From Patescibacteria group bacterium (lineage in GTDB: Bacteria > Patescibacteriota > Patescibacteriia > UBA1558 > GWA2-36-10), in the NCBI GenBank assembly GCA_028718865.1, contig JAQUKX010000001.1:67-64066 (forward strand): a stretch of 64,000 bases of DNA, read 5' to 3'. Below, piece by piece: positions 18,935-28,299 of this stretch. Every line of letters begins with the position of its first letter. Position 1 is the stretch's first letter. The translations under genes and the position numbers were made by a program. The notes below the pieces were generated by a model. That model had not been told where the DNA came from. It was given only the letters and a program-made list of their open reading frames with translations, and ran no database searches.

Positions 18935-19365
18935 AAGCCCAATTGCTCAAAAATTTTCTCCGGCTCCAAAATATAAAATTTTTCCTTATTATGCTTGATA
19001 TAATTTTTAAAAATCTTAGCTTTGGCATCTTTGAAAACCTGACGGATTTTTATTATCTGACCGCCTTCATCAACTGCCAGCGCAAACAATTCTTCTTCTT
19101 TTTTGAAAACTAGATAAAGCTCGGACTGGGTTTTGGTTTTGCCCGACAATAGCTGATGACCAGACAAAACAGTGATCAACTGGCCGTTTTGGTAAGCCAA
19201 GCCAAGCACTATAGGCAGCAAAGCTGGCAAAGGCAATACCCTGTCATAGCGGACAAAAGAAAGAGTTGCTGGCAAAGGCATCAGATACCAAGCTCCGGAA
19301 ATAGCAAAGGAAATATATTTTTTATCTGCTGGCGGCATTCTATTTTCTTTCTCCCAATAAATCAT
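18931..19365 (-). CDS. CheW-like coupling protein
   Basis: 144 aa with the CheW pattern YISFAISGAWYLMPLPATLSFVRY … LAVDEGGQIIKI. The real start is probably M10. Confidence 0.6.
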   Translation of the reverse strand: MIYWEKENRMPPADKKYISFAISGAWYLMPLPATLSFVRYDRVLPLPALLPIVLGLAYQNGQLITVLSGHQLLSGKTKTQSELYLVFKKEEELFALAVDEGGQIIKIRQVFKDAKAKIFKNYIKHNKEKFYILEPEKIFEQLGL

Positions 19366-20494
19366 CCAGAGATTTGACCACTTCTGTCAAAGCAAAAGAA
19401 GAGCGATTGAGTGCCCTAGTTACCACTAACTGGCGATGGACTATGGTAGTAACATCATCGGTTTTTTGCACCATAGCCTTGGCTTCTTTGCTGATGTTTT
19501 TGATCATTGCTGAGATATTTTCCGCTCCGGCCTTACTCTGGCTGCTTTCTTTGTCTATTGTCTTGATGTCTTTGGACAGAACAGAAATATCGCCAAGAAT
19601 ATTATTCAAAAACACCAGAGTTTCTCCCAGCACGCGGATGCTTTTTTCCGTTTCCTTCCACTCATAGACTGACGACTGCCGCGCCTGCTTTATCTGCCTT
19701 TGCATATCCGAAGCCAGAAGATCTACGCCGGCGGCGGCCTGCTTGCTGCTAGCATTGAGCTCGCGGATTTGCGCCACCAAAGAAGAAAATTCCTCACTGA
19801 AGTCTGTTTTATTGGCTTCTATAGAGACATTGAGGCTCAAAAAGCGAGCCAAATCCGCCAAAGCTGACATTTTTTCCGCCAATTCCCTGGTTTTGACTGT
19901 ATAGTTATCAAGAGCTTGGTTTAATTTTTGGTTTTCCGTTGCCAGATTTTTTATCAGCACCAGGCCATCTAGCGCTGCCTGGGAACGCTTGGCTCCTTCA
20001 CTGGCCGACTGATCAATATTACTGCTATAGGCAGCCGAGCTCTGAGTTTTTTTGCTGATTTTTTTCAAAGAAGAAGCCAGAGATACCACGGCGCTATTTC
20101 CTTCTTTTATCCCCCTTTCCTGCTCTTGGCTGCTTAGAAGTAAAAATCCTGACAATTGGCTGCTGCTTTGGCTGATGTCAGACAGGCTTTGGATTGATTT
20201 GAAAAGCTCATCAGTCACTTTGAGAAGTTCAGCAGCTGATTTTTGAATAGGCTTGACAATCACCCGCGCCAGGCGCCGAGCTGCAATCAAGGAAAACATA
20301 AAAACCAGAGCTAGAGAAATCAAAACTCCGAAAATTATCGCCTGCCGCAAGCCAACATCAACGATCAGCGAAGAATCTTTTTCAAAAAAATAAACGGCAA
20401 CAAATAGGCCGCAAAGAGGCAACAAAGAAACCAGAATAAACCAGGAAATAAATTTGAAATAAATTTTGGTTTCAAATAGTTTCACAAAAATCAA
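19340..20494 (-). CDS. Methyl-accepting chemotaxis protein-like transducer (two TMs plus a coiled-coil signalling domain)
   Basis: Two N-terminal TM helices are followed by a Ser/Gln/Ala-rich coiled coil with the MCP signalling-domain character (…EGNSAVVSLASSLKKISKKTQSSAAYSSNIDQSASEGAKRSQAALDG…). Confidence 0.6.
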   Translation of the reverse strand: MIFVKLFETKIYFKFISWFILVSLLPLCGLFVAVYFFEKDSSLIVDVGLRQAIIFGVLISLALVFMFSLIAARRLARVIVKPIQKSAAELLKVTDELFKSIQSLSDISQSSSQLSGFLLLSSQEQERGIKEGNSAVVSLASSLKKISKKTQSSAAYSSNIDQSASEGAKRSQAALDGLVLIKNLATENQKLNQALDNYTVKTRELAEKMSALADLARFLSLNVSIEANKTDFSEEFSSLVAQIRELNASSKQAAAGVDLLASDMQRQIKQARQSSVYEWKETEKSIRVLGETLVFLNNILGDISVLSKDIKTIDKESSQSKAGAENISAMIKNISKEAKAMVQKTDDVTTIVHRQLVVTRALNRSSFALTEVVKSLDDLLGERK

Positions 20495-20579
20495 ATTTTA
20501 TTTTTATTTTAGAATTTATCTATTGTAAATTATAACATATTTCACCTCTAGAAACAAACCCGACGGGTTGATTTTCGGT

Positions 20580-20609
20580 TTGACAAAAACTAATATTTCT
20601 TATTATAAT
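20580..20609 (+). promoter_or_regulatory. Sigma-70-like promoter for the sugar-transferase gene: TTGACA, an 18-nt spacer, then TATAAT
   Basis: TTGACA at 20580-20585 and TATAAT at 20604-20609. The start codon is at 20635. The region is a divergent intergenic with the MCP gene. Confidence 0.4.
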
Positions 20610-20634
20610 ATACAATATTATTAATTAAGCATCG

Positions 20635-21999
20635 ATGAAAAAATTTATTCTGCTTCTGGGCGATATTGTTATACTATACTTGAGCTTGGCTCTTACTCTC
20701 TTGGTTCGCTTCAGACGTTTAGATCAAGAGCTATGGTCCAGTCATCTGGGACCTTTTTCAGTTATATTTGCTCTCTGGATCATGGTTTTTTTCATCAATG
20801 GCTTGTACGAAATAAACAAGCTGGCGCGCGGCTTTAGATTTTTCGGACAACTGCTGCAAAATCTAGCCATCAACGCTCTGCTTTCCTTTTCTTTCTTTTA
20901 TTTTATTTTGGACAAATTCACCAACCTCAAGCCCCAGACTGTTCTTTTGCTCCTACTGCTGATATTTGCCTTGCTCTTTTTGGCTTGGCGGCGGCTGTTC
21001 TTCCAGCTTATCTCCAGTGACAAGCTTGGTAGCAATTTGGCCATTATTGGTATCAATGCCGAATCCCTGGCCTTGGCTCAAGAAATCATCACCAAGCCCC
21101 AGCTGGGCTACAAGCTCAAACTGCTGGTCAATCCCGACAATACTCCTATACCGGAAAAATTCCAAATCGCGGAAATCAGCAAAGATCTAGCTGGCCTAAA
21201 AAATCAACTGATAAAATACAAAATAAATGCTGTGGTAGCGCTCAATAACCCTCTCTACGGCGCCGAAGTAGCCCGCTATCTTTTTGAAAGCATAGACCTC
21301 AAAATCAGCTACTACAATCTGACTGACTTCTATGAAAAAGTCAGTGGCAAAATTCCTCTGGCAGCTTTGGAAAGAAATTGGTTTTTGGAAAACGCCACTC
21401 AGAAAAACAAACGCCTCTTGGCTCTAGCCAAAAGACTGATTGATCTTTTCTTTGCTTTATTTTTTGGCTTCTTGTCTTTAGTGCTTTTGCCTTTTTTGGC
21501 TCTGGCTATCAAGCTGGAATCAAAAGGCCCCTTGATTTATAAGCAAAAAAGAGTGGGGTTGGCTGGTAAGATATTTACTGTTTACAAATTCCGCTCCATG
21601 ACTCAAGACGCCGAAAAACACGGCGCTCAGTGGGCTCAAGAAGGCGACCAGCGCATTACCCGCGTCGGACGCTTTATCCGCAAAACCAGAATTGATGAAA
21701 TCCCTCAATTTGTAAACATCATCAAGGGTAATATGAGCTTTGTTGGTCCTCGTCCAGAAAGACCGGAATTTGTGGAAGAATTAAAAAAAGAAATCCCTTT
21801 TTATAACGAAAGACATTTGATCAAGCCAGGCCTCAGTGGCTGGGCGCAGATCAATTACCCTTATGGCGCCAGCATAAGCGATGCCAAAGAAAAATTGCAG
21901 TACGATTTATTTTATATCAAAAACCAATCCATTGCTCTGGACATTTCCATTATCCTCAAAACCATCAATACTGTTTTCAATAAAAGTTTGGGAAGGTAA
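20635..21999 (+). CDS. Polyprenyl-phosphate sugar phosphotransferase (WbaP/bacterial sugar transferase family), priming enzyme
   Basis: Four or five N-terminal TMs. The C-terminal Bac_transf domain reads …KRVGLAGKIFTVYKFRSM…FVGPRPERPEF…. Confidence 0.85.
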   Translation: MKKFILLLGDIVILYLSLALTLLVRFRRLDQELWSSHLGPFSVIFALWIMVFFINGLYEINKLARGFRFFGQLLQNLAINALLSFSFFYFILDKFTNLKPQTVLLLLLLIFALLFLAWRRLFFQLISSDKLGSNLAIIGINAESLALAQEIITKPQLGYKLKLLVNPDNTPIPEKFQIAEISKDLAGLKNQLIKYKINAVVALNNPLYGAEVARYLFESIDLKISYYNLTDFYEKVSGKIPLAALERNWFLENATQKNKRLLALAKRLIDLFFALFFGFLSLVLLPFLALAIKLESKGPLIYKQKRVGLAGKIFTVYKFRSMTQDAEKHGAQWAQEGDQRITRVGRFIRKTRIDEIPQFVNIIKGNMSFVGPRPERPEFVEELKKEIPFYNERHLIKPGLSGWAQINYPYGASISDAKEKLQYDLFYIKNQSIALDISIILKTINTVFNKSLGR

Positions 22000-22004
22000 T
22001 TTAA

Positions 22005-22214
22005 CTGTCATTACGAGGAATCCTGAGTCTGCCATTCTGGAGCGAGCGTAGCGAGCGATAGAATCCACTTGTCATTCTGGAGCGAGCGTAGCGAGCGATA
22101 GAATCTACCATTATTCCTTCCTCAGAGCATCGAGCGATAGAATCTACCATTGCAACCGCCTTCTTAGATTCTATCAGTCGTCGCTAGCTCCTCCTTCCAC
22201 AATGACAAAACAAA
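22005..22214 (+). repeat. Mosaic intergenic repeat cluster: two copies of the TGTCATTCTGGAGCGAGCGTAGCGAGCGATAGAATCYAC module, one CCATT…CCTCAGAGCATCGAGCGATAGAATCTAC module and one inverted GATAGAATC
   Basis: Direct reading. The same modules recur at seven or more other loci in the window. Confidence 0.8.
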
Positions 22215-22248
22215 AAAACCTTACAACCATAATACTAATCACCAACTA

Positions 22249-23226
22249 ATGCCCCAAAGCCAAAACAACAAAACCATCCTAGTCACCGGCAGTGCCGGCT
22301 TTATTGGTTTCCACACCACTCTAGCTCTTCTAAAGCAAGGCCACACTGTCATTGGTCTGGACAACCTCAACCCCTACTACGACCCCAGTCTCAAAAAAGC
22401 CCGCAACAAAATCCTCAAGAAATACCCTAATTACCACTTTTATCAAGGCGACCTGATTGATTTGCCTTTTATCAAAAAAGTCCTAGTCAAACACAAAATA
22501 GACCAAATCTGCCATCTAGCCGCCCAAGCTGGCGTACGCTACAGCCTGACTCATCCTCACAGCTACATCCAAAGCAACCTAGTCGGCTTTACCCATCTGT
22601 TAGATGAAACCAAAAACCACAAGATCAAGGATTTTATTTATGCCTCCTCCAGCTCAGTTTACGGCCAAAATGAAAAACTGCCTTTTGCTGTCAATGATCC
22701 AGTAGATAGACCTGCTTCTCTTTATGCTGCTAGCAAAAAAGCCAATGAGCTCATTGCTTACACCTATCATCACTTGTACGGCCTCAATTGTACTGGTCTG
22801 CGTTTTTTTACAGTTTATGGTCCTTATGGACGACCGGACATGGCTTTATTTTTGTTTACTCAGGCTATTTTGGCTGATCAAACAATCAAAGTATTTAATC
22901 ACGGCAAAATGCAGAGAGATTTTACCTACATAGATGACATAGTAGCCGGCATCCTAGCCAGCCTTGACCGAGCCTATCCTTACGAAATATTCAATCTAGG
23001 CAATCATCAGCCAGTGGAGCTGGAATATTTCATAGAGCTGATAGAAAAAAATCTAGGCAAAAAAGCCAAAAAGGAATTTCTGCCTTTACAAGCTGGTGAT
23101 GTGAGAGCCACTTATGCTGATATAACCAGTAGCCAACAAAAACTCAATTGGCAACCAACTACTGCTATTGAAACCGGTGTTGCCAAGTTTATCAAATGGT
23201 ATAAGGAGTATTATAAAATAAAATGA
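22249..23226 (+). CDS. NAD-dependent epimerase/dehydratase (UDP-glucuronate 4-epimerase-like)
   Basis: GSAGFIGFH Rossmann motif, YAASK catalytic motif, 325 aa. Confidence 0.85.
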   Translation: MPQSQNNKTILVTGSAGFIGFHTTLALLKQGHTVIGLDNLNPYYDPSLKKARNKILKKYPNYHFYQGDLIDLPFIKKVLVKHKIDQICHLAAQAGVRYSLTHPHSYIQSNLVGFTHLLDETKNHKIKDFIYASSSSVYGQNEKLPFAVNDPVDRPASLYAASKKANELIAYTYHHLYGLNCTGLRFFTVYGPYGRPDMALFLFTQAILADQTIKVFNHGKMQRDFTYIDDIVAGILASLDRAYPYEIFNLGNHQPVELEYFIELIEKNLGKKAKKEFLPLQAGDVRATYADITSSQQKLNWQPTTAIETGVAKFIKWYKEYYKIK

Positions 23227-24500
23227 TAAGCAAAATAAAAAATAAAATTTATTCACTTTTACGCCGTAGTGAAAAATATACCAAGACTGATATGGTTTAT
23301 TTGGCTAGCGGTGGATTTTGGTTGACTTCCGGACAGATCGTATCTAGCGCCGCTGCTTTTCTCTTGGCTATTGCTTTTGCCAATCTTTTACCCAAAGAAA
23401 CTTATGGTGTTTACAAATATGTTTTATCTATAGCCGGCATGCTGGCTATTCCCACTTTGTGGGGCATGGGGACAGCCATTTCCCAAGCAGCCGCCCGAGG
23501 ATATGATAATGTTCTTGCTCCGGCAGTAAAAACCCAGATAAAATGGGGGCTATGGGGCGGACTATTAGGAATAGGCACAGGATTTTATTATTATCTAAAT
23601 AATAATCCTTTACTATCATTGAGCTTCTTCGCTATCTCCATCTTTATTCCTTTTATGGATCCGCTCAACTCTTATACTTCTTTGCTCTTAGGTAAAAAAC
23701 TCTTTAAAAAAGCCAATAAATATGAAATCATTGCTCGGATAAGCGCTACCATTTTAATTATCGCCGCACTTTTACTTACTAAAAATATTATTTTGTTATT
23801 GTTAGTTTATTTCGGCTCTCACACTCTATTGAGATTGATATTTTTTTATCTGACTCTTAAACAAGAATCAGGCAAACAGAAAGAAGATAAAGAAGTTATA
23901 AAATATGGCAAACACCTAAGTCTAGTAAAAGGCATCAATCTAGCAGCTGGTAATATTAGCAATATTTTTCTTTTTCATTTTATCGGCAGCGCCAGTCTGG
24001 CTATTTATTCTTTTGCTATTGCCCCGATGGAACAATTGCGGACTCTGATAAAAATCGCTGATCAGATAATTTTCCCCAAAATCGCCAAAGACAACTGGTC
24101 AATTTACTCTTTCAATTTTTTTATAAAAAAAATCAGCCCATTTATAATTATCTTATCACTAATCTCTTTAACTTATATTTTTATTGCCCCTTTATTTTTT
24201 AAATTATTTTTCCCCCAATATATTGAATCCGTTTTTTATTCTCAGTTATACGCTCTGACTATACCACTTACCGGAATCAATTCTATCCAAGATACAATTC
24301 TCAAAGCAAAAAGAGAAACCAAAAAAATATATTTGGTCAATATAATCAACTCAATCAGCGTATTTATTATCTATTTACCAATGATTTATCTGTGGGGAAT
24401 TTTAGGATTAGTCTGGGCAGTGATTATTGGTAAAATTATTGAATTCATAACTTACTCAGTACTTGTTTTTAGAATAAGCTCTGCTGAAAAAACGGAATAA
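23223..24500 (+). CDS. Polysaccharide biosynthesis protein / Wzx-like oligosaccharide flippase (MOP superfamily)
   Basis: 425 aa with ~12 predicted TM helices. It lies in a glycan locus downstream of the epimerase. Confidence 0.7.
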   Translation: MISKIKNKIYSLLRRSEKYTKTDMVYLASGGFWLTSGQIVSSAAAFLLAIAFANLLPKETYGVYKYVLSIAGMLAIPTLWGMGTAISQAAARGYDNVLAPAVKTQIKWGLWGGLLGIGTGFYYYLNNNPLLSLSFFAISIFIPFMDPLNSYTSLLLGKKLFKKANKYEIIARISATILIIAALLLTKNIILLLLVYFGSHTLLRLIFFYLTLKQESGKQKEDKEVIKYGKHLSLVKGINLAAGNISNIFLFHFIGSASLAIYSFAIAPMEQLRTLIKIADQIIFPKIAKDNWSIYSFNFFIKKISPFIIILSLISLTYIFIAPLFFKLFFPQYIESVFYSQLYALTIPLTGINSIQDTILKAKRETKKIYLVNIINSISVFIIYLPMIYLWGILGLVWAVIIGKIIEFITYSVLVFRISSAEKTE

Positions 24501-25379
24501 ATAATGGGAAAATGGTAAAAAAGTAAAGACCCAAAAAAGAAAAAATTTTTTTCTGCCCACACTAGCAAACTTCCAAGACTCCTGAGCATAGTAAATTGCT
24601 CGTTTTTTTTCGCCCAACAAAAGTAAGCCTACAGCCGCGCCATAAGCTGTACCTGCATACCTATTGGGTGAATTTTTTATAAAAAAATCTCTGGTGTTTT
24701 CAAGTAAATACTCCAAACCCTTTGCTCTTTTTATTGATAGATCGGGATGAAAAGATTTTCTTTTTTTTGTTTCTGAAAGATGATCTGAATGCAAATAAAC
24801 CTTTCCCAAAGATTCGTTAAGGTGGTATATTTTTTTATTTTCAGAAAACAAAAAATAAAAAGAAAAATCAATATTGGGACCCAAAAAATCTAAGCCGCTC
24901 CTAACGCTTGATCTTAAAAAAATTACCGCATCATTTTTGGGGATTTTGCCGGAAAAAAGATCGGCTCTATCGGCAAAACCGCTGTCTCTATGCTGAAAAT
25001 CTAATATCTTCTGCCCATCAAAAAAATCCGTAGGAGCATAAAGCATGTCTATCTCCGGATATTTTTTTAAAATATCACTTGCCTTTTCAAGGGCATGATT
25101 GTATAACTCATCGTCACTATCCCAAATAATAAAATAATCACCCCTCATCACTTCCATACCTTTGTTTCGGGCAACAAAAGCGCCGGAATTTTTTTCTAAT
25201 TGAAAATATTGAATTCTTTGATCTTTTACCCCCAACACCATCTGAGTAGTTCCATCACTAGAACCATCATCTACTATTATCAATTCGAAATTAGTAAAAG
25301 ACTGCCTTAAAATACTATTTATAGTCCTTCTCAACAAATCTTTTCTATTGTAAGTTGCAATAATAATACTAAAAAACAT
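24456..25379 (-). CDS. Glycosyltransferase family 2
   Basis: FSIIIATYNRKDLL…VDDGSSDGT…WDSDDEL (DxD). Confidence 0.85.
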   Translation of the reverse strand: MFFSIIIATYNRKDLLRRTINSILRQSFTNFELIIVDDGSSDGTTQMVLGVKDQRIQYFQLEKNSGAFVARNKGMEVMRGDYFIIWDSDDELYNHALEKASDILKKYPEIDMLYAPTDFFDGQKILDFQHRDSGFADRADLFSGKIPKNDAVIFLRSSVRSGLDFLGPNIDFSFYFLFSENKKIYHLNESLGKVYLHSDHLSETKKRKSFHPDLSIKRAKGLEYLLENTRDFFIKNSPNRYAGTAYGAAVGLLLLGEKKRAIYYAQESWKFASVGRKKFFLFWVFTFLPFSHYLFRFFSRAYSKNKY

Positions 25380-25387
25380 AAATCAAT

Positions 25388-26152
25388 TTATTTTATTCTC
25401 ATTATTTTCGCTTTCAAAAACAAAAATATTTTCCAGATTTTCTCCAAAAAAATTACTTTCTTATTTTTATAAACATAAGTATAATCATCGGTGATTCTTC
25501 CGCCAAATCCCAACTTGAATCTATCAATACCTGCTTTAGCCGGATCTTGCAAATTGACATAAGCCAAATCCACTCCTCCAAAGCCATGCTCCGAGGCAAA
25601 AAGACATATTTCCCAAATAATGCGGCGGGAAGCGGCGCTGATTATTTTTATTATTTCTTTATCTGATTTATTTTTGCGCAAAGAGCTGAAATTCTTAATA
25701 CGCAGAACACTTTTAGCCTTGTAAACCGCCGAGCAAGCCAACACTTCGCCTTTAAAAGAGGCTCCAAAAAAAATAAACTCTTTGAAATTCCCTATCCTGT
25801 CTGGCAAACGGCCTTGAGATATTTCATGTTTTTTATAGACAATATAGCAATCCTTAAAAAAATTTTCACCAAACTTAGTTTGAAAAAAAGACAAGTCTTT
25901 ATTTTTATAAGTCCTGTTTACTTCATTTCTGGTCGTATCATTAAAATTTTTAAAAATCCTATCTTTATCTGGAAAAATATCAATTATACTTGTTTTCTTT
26001 TTTCTCAACTCAAAATCTTTTTTATCGCTTATTTCCCTGTCTGTAATAATAGCAATATAATCATACTTGTTTTTTAGCTCCTGCAAATCACCAAAAGGCT
26101 CTAAGATAAAAAAAACTTTTTTGATAAAAAAATTATTTTTTTCCACTATCAT
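25388..26152 (-). CDS. FemAB-like / GNAT-fold acyltransferase (putative peptidyl or aminoacyl transferase acting on the glycan)
   Basis: The C-terminal half resembles the FemAB family (…EHGFGGVDLAYVNLQDP…FKLGFGG). The start is placed at an internal Met (MIVEK) to avoid a 155-bp overlap with the upstream methyltransferase. The ORF could extend to 26287. Confidence 0.4.
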   Translation of the reverse strand: MIVEKNNFFIKKVFFILEPFGDLQELKNKYDYIAIITDREISDKKDFELRKKKTSIIDIFPDKDRIFKNFNDTTRNEVNRTYKNKDLSFFQTKFGENFFKDCYIVYKKHEISQGRLPDRIGNFKEFIFFGASFKGEVLACSAVYKAKSVLRIKNFSSLRKNKSDKEIIKIISAASRRIIWEICLFASEHGFGGVDLAYVNLQDPAKAGIDRFKLGFGGRITDDYTYVYKNKKVIFLEKIWKIFLFLKAKIMRIK

Positions 26153-26831
26153 AATTTTTTCTTGGCTGAGTACAGATAAAATAAATTGATTTACTAAAAA
26201 ATGGTAAAATTTTATATACCATATCTTTCCAATTTGATCCTCGCCATGGCTGTAAAGATATTCTATAAATAATTTTGACTTTTTCAAAATATTTTTTCAG
26301 ACCCAACAAACTATCAAACCAGGCCATCCTATAAAGTTTTATCCCCTGATAATCTGCATATCTTCCAGAAAATAGAAAATTAATCCTTTTTATAAAAAAA
26401 ATATTATGGCTATTAAAAATAAATGCCCCGCCTGGTTTTAATACTCTTCTTGCTTCAGAAACGCACTGATATATATCAGGATAAATACAATCTATGCCAT
26501 GAAAAGGAAAAAAAACATAATCAAAAGAATTATCTTCAAATTTTAAATCAGTGGCGTCCATCTCCAGAATTTTGATATTCATTCCTTTGATCTTGGCCGC
26601 TGATTTTTCCACCATTTCAGGCACTATGTCTATAGCCGTAATATCAAATCCTTTTTTATAAAGAGGTAAAAGCGTACGACCAGCGCCGCAGCCCAAAACT
26701 AAAAGTTTTGCTTTTTTATCTTTAAAATACTTCTCTATTAAAAACTCCTCATCGAATCGCCAATAATCCTGTTTATCATAATCAGCGGCCTGCTGGGCAA
26801 AAATTTTTCTATTCTGCTCAATCATCATCAA
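26133..26831 (-). CDS. Class I SAM-dependent methyltransferase
   Basis: Motif I LVLGCGAGR and methyltransferase-11-like motifs. Confidence 0.75.
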   Translation of the reverse strand: MMMIEQNRKIFAQQAADYDKQDYWRFDEEFLIEKYFKDKKAKLLVLGCGAGRTLLPLYKKGFDITAIDIVPEMVEKSAAKIKGMNIKILEMDATDLKFEDNSFDYVFFPFHGIDCIYPDIYQCVSEARRVLKPGGAFIFNSHNIFFIKRINFLFSGRYADYQGIKLYRMAWFDSLLGLKKYFEKVKIIYRISLQPWRGSNWKDMVYKILPFFSKSIYFICTQPRKNYDSGKK

Positions 26832-26848
26832 AAAAATTAATTATAAAA

Positions 26849-27550
26849 TTATTTTAAATACCCTTTTATTTTCCAAGGAATCTTTTTCAACATCAACCTA
26901 AACTTAAAATTACTGATATTTTTATTTATAATAATCCGCGGCAAATTATATTTATCAATATTTTTATTATCCAATATTACTCCATTACCACCAAAAGCAA
27001 ACTGATAATAACGAGCTGTCATTTTCCTGACTTCTTCATTACTATCTGCTTTGGGATACGCAAAAAAATCTCCTTTTTCTCCAAAAATACCTTGGATTAA
27101 TTCTTTCGACAGTTTAAGATTCTTTTCCAAATCAACTTCGCCCAAAGAGGTCATTTTTTTATGATCCAAGCCATGACTGGCAAAATTTACCAAACCACTG
27201 GCCTGCATTTCTTTTATTTTTTCCAAATCCATTATTTCTAGCTCCCTATCTGGAATGAATATTTTTTTACCTATTAAATTTGGCGGTATAAAAACAGTTA
27301 TTGGCACTTTCAATTCTTTTATAACCGGCAAAACATTAAAATAATTATCTGCCAACCCATCATCGAAAGTAACTATTGCTATTTTATTTTTATTAAAATC
27401 TGGATGACTAAGATAATCTTTTAATTGCTCTAGCCTAATTATTTTAAAACTAGATTTAATCCAAGATAGCTGTTTATAAAAAACGCTTTTACTTACAGAG
27501 TAAAAATAATCCGAATCATCTACTGAATGATAATTAAAAATGGCAATCAT
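26849..27550 (-). CDS. Polysaccharide deacetylase (NodB homology domain)
   Basis: IVTFDDGLADNYFNVLPVIKELKVPITVF is the TFDDG motif. Confidence 0.75.
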   Translation of the reverse strand: MIAIFNYHSVDDSDYFYSVSKSVFYKQLSWIKSSFKIIRLEQLKDYLSHPDFNKNKIAIVTFDDGLADNYFNVLPVIKELKVPITVFIPPNLIGKKIFIPDRELEIMDLEKIKEMQASGLVNFASHGLDHKKMTSLGEVDLEKNLKLSKELIQGIFGEKGDFFAYPKADSNEEVRKMTARYYQFAFGGNGVILDNKNIDKYNLPRIIINKNISNFKFRLMLKKIPWKIKGYLK

Positions 27551-28296
27551 CTTTTTTTACAAACAGCAATTAAGCGTCGGCTTTTATCAGTTGAGCATTG
27601 GTTGAAAAATCGTGGCCAAATTTTATTATTATAATATTTTCTCAAAATTTTCAAATCCCAATATCTATTATCCAAAAATTTATAAAAAACCTTAAATATA
27701 TGAAATCCTGTCTTGTCCTGTCCAAGCATTTTTTCTACTACAAAAAAATTATCAACCGTGGATTTGAGTGATTCAGCCGAAAAATGTTGATAATGCTTGC
27801 TCTCTGGCGTTGGCTCACCATTAAATAAAGACGGAACAGTAATGATCAATTGGCCATCTTTTTTCAAAACCCGATTCAACTCCCCTAAAACATTATCAAT
27901 GTTATCAGGAATGATATGCTCTAGAGTCTCTATCAAATACACAAAATCATAAGTTTCACTTTCAAAGGGTAATTTTACTAAATCGGCTACGACAAAATTT
28001 ACTTCCGGTAAAAGCAACTTGGCAAAAGACACTGCCTTTTGAGAATAATCAACGCCTGTTACTTTACACTTTTTTGTAGCAACAAGCTCTTTGCAAAATC
28101 TTCCATCACCACAACCAGCGTCCATTACATTAAGATCGCTTCTGGAATCGGCATCTAAAAATGATTGGCAAATTGATAAATATCCGAAATATAGACGCCC
28201 ATCATCCGTATCCTTTTCTTTAAACCAATGATAAGGACCTATGTTGTAATCATTTTCTTGCTCCCATTGTTTATCTGTGAGATTCAACATATACAA
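27547..28296 (-). CDS. Class I SAM-dependent methyltransferase
   Basis: VMDAGCGDGRF motif I and LKKDGQLIITVP motif. Confidence 0.75.
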   Translation of the reverse strand: MYMLNLTDKQWEQENDYNIGPYHWFKEKDTDDGRLYFGYLSICQSFLDADSRSDLNVMDAGCGDGRFCKELVATKKCKVTGVDYSQKAVSFAKLLLPEVNFVVADLVKLPFESETYDFVYLIETLEHIIPDNIDNVLGELNRVLKKDGQLIITVPSLFNGEPTPESKHYQHFSAESLKSTVDNFFVVEKMLGQDKTGFHIFKVFYKFLDNRYWDLKILRKYYNNKIWPRFFNQCSTDKSRRLIAVCKKR

Positions 28297-28299
28297 AAA

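Noticed and set aside
20495-20634. The hairpin AACCCGACGGGTT in the divergent MCP / sugar-transferase intergenic region as a regulatory operator
   Set aside because: It is only a 5-bp stem with a 2-nt loop, too weak and too short to call. Only the -35/-10 promoter was retained.
26133-26287. A 155-bp overlap between the FemAB-like ORF and the upstream methyltransferase ORF, as a possible programmed frameshift or fusion
   Set aside because: An in-frame internal ATG (MIVEK, ~26152) gives a conventional non-overlapping start. Nothing suggests a slippery site.
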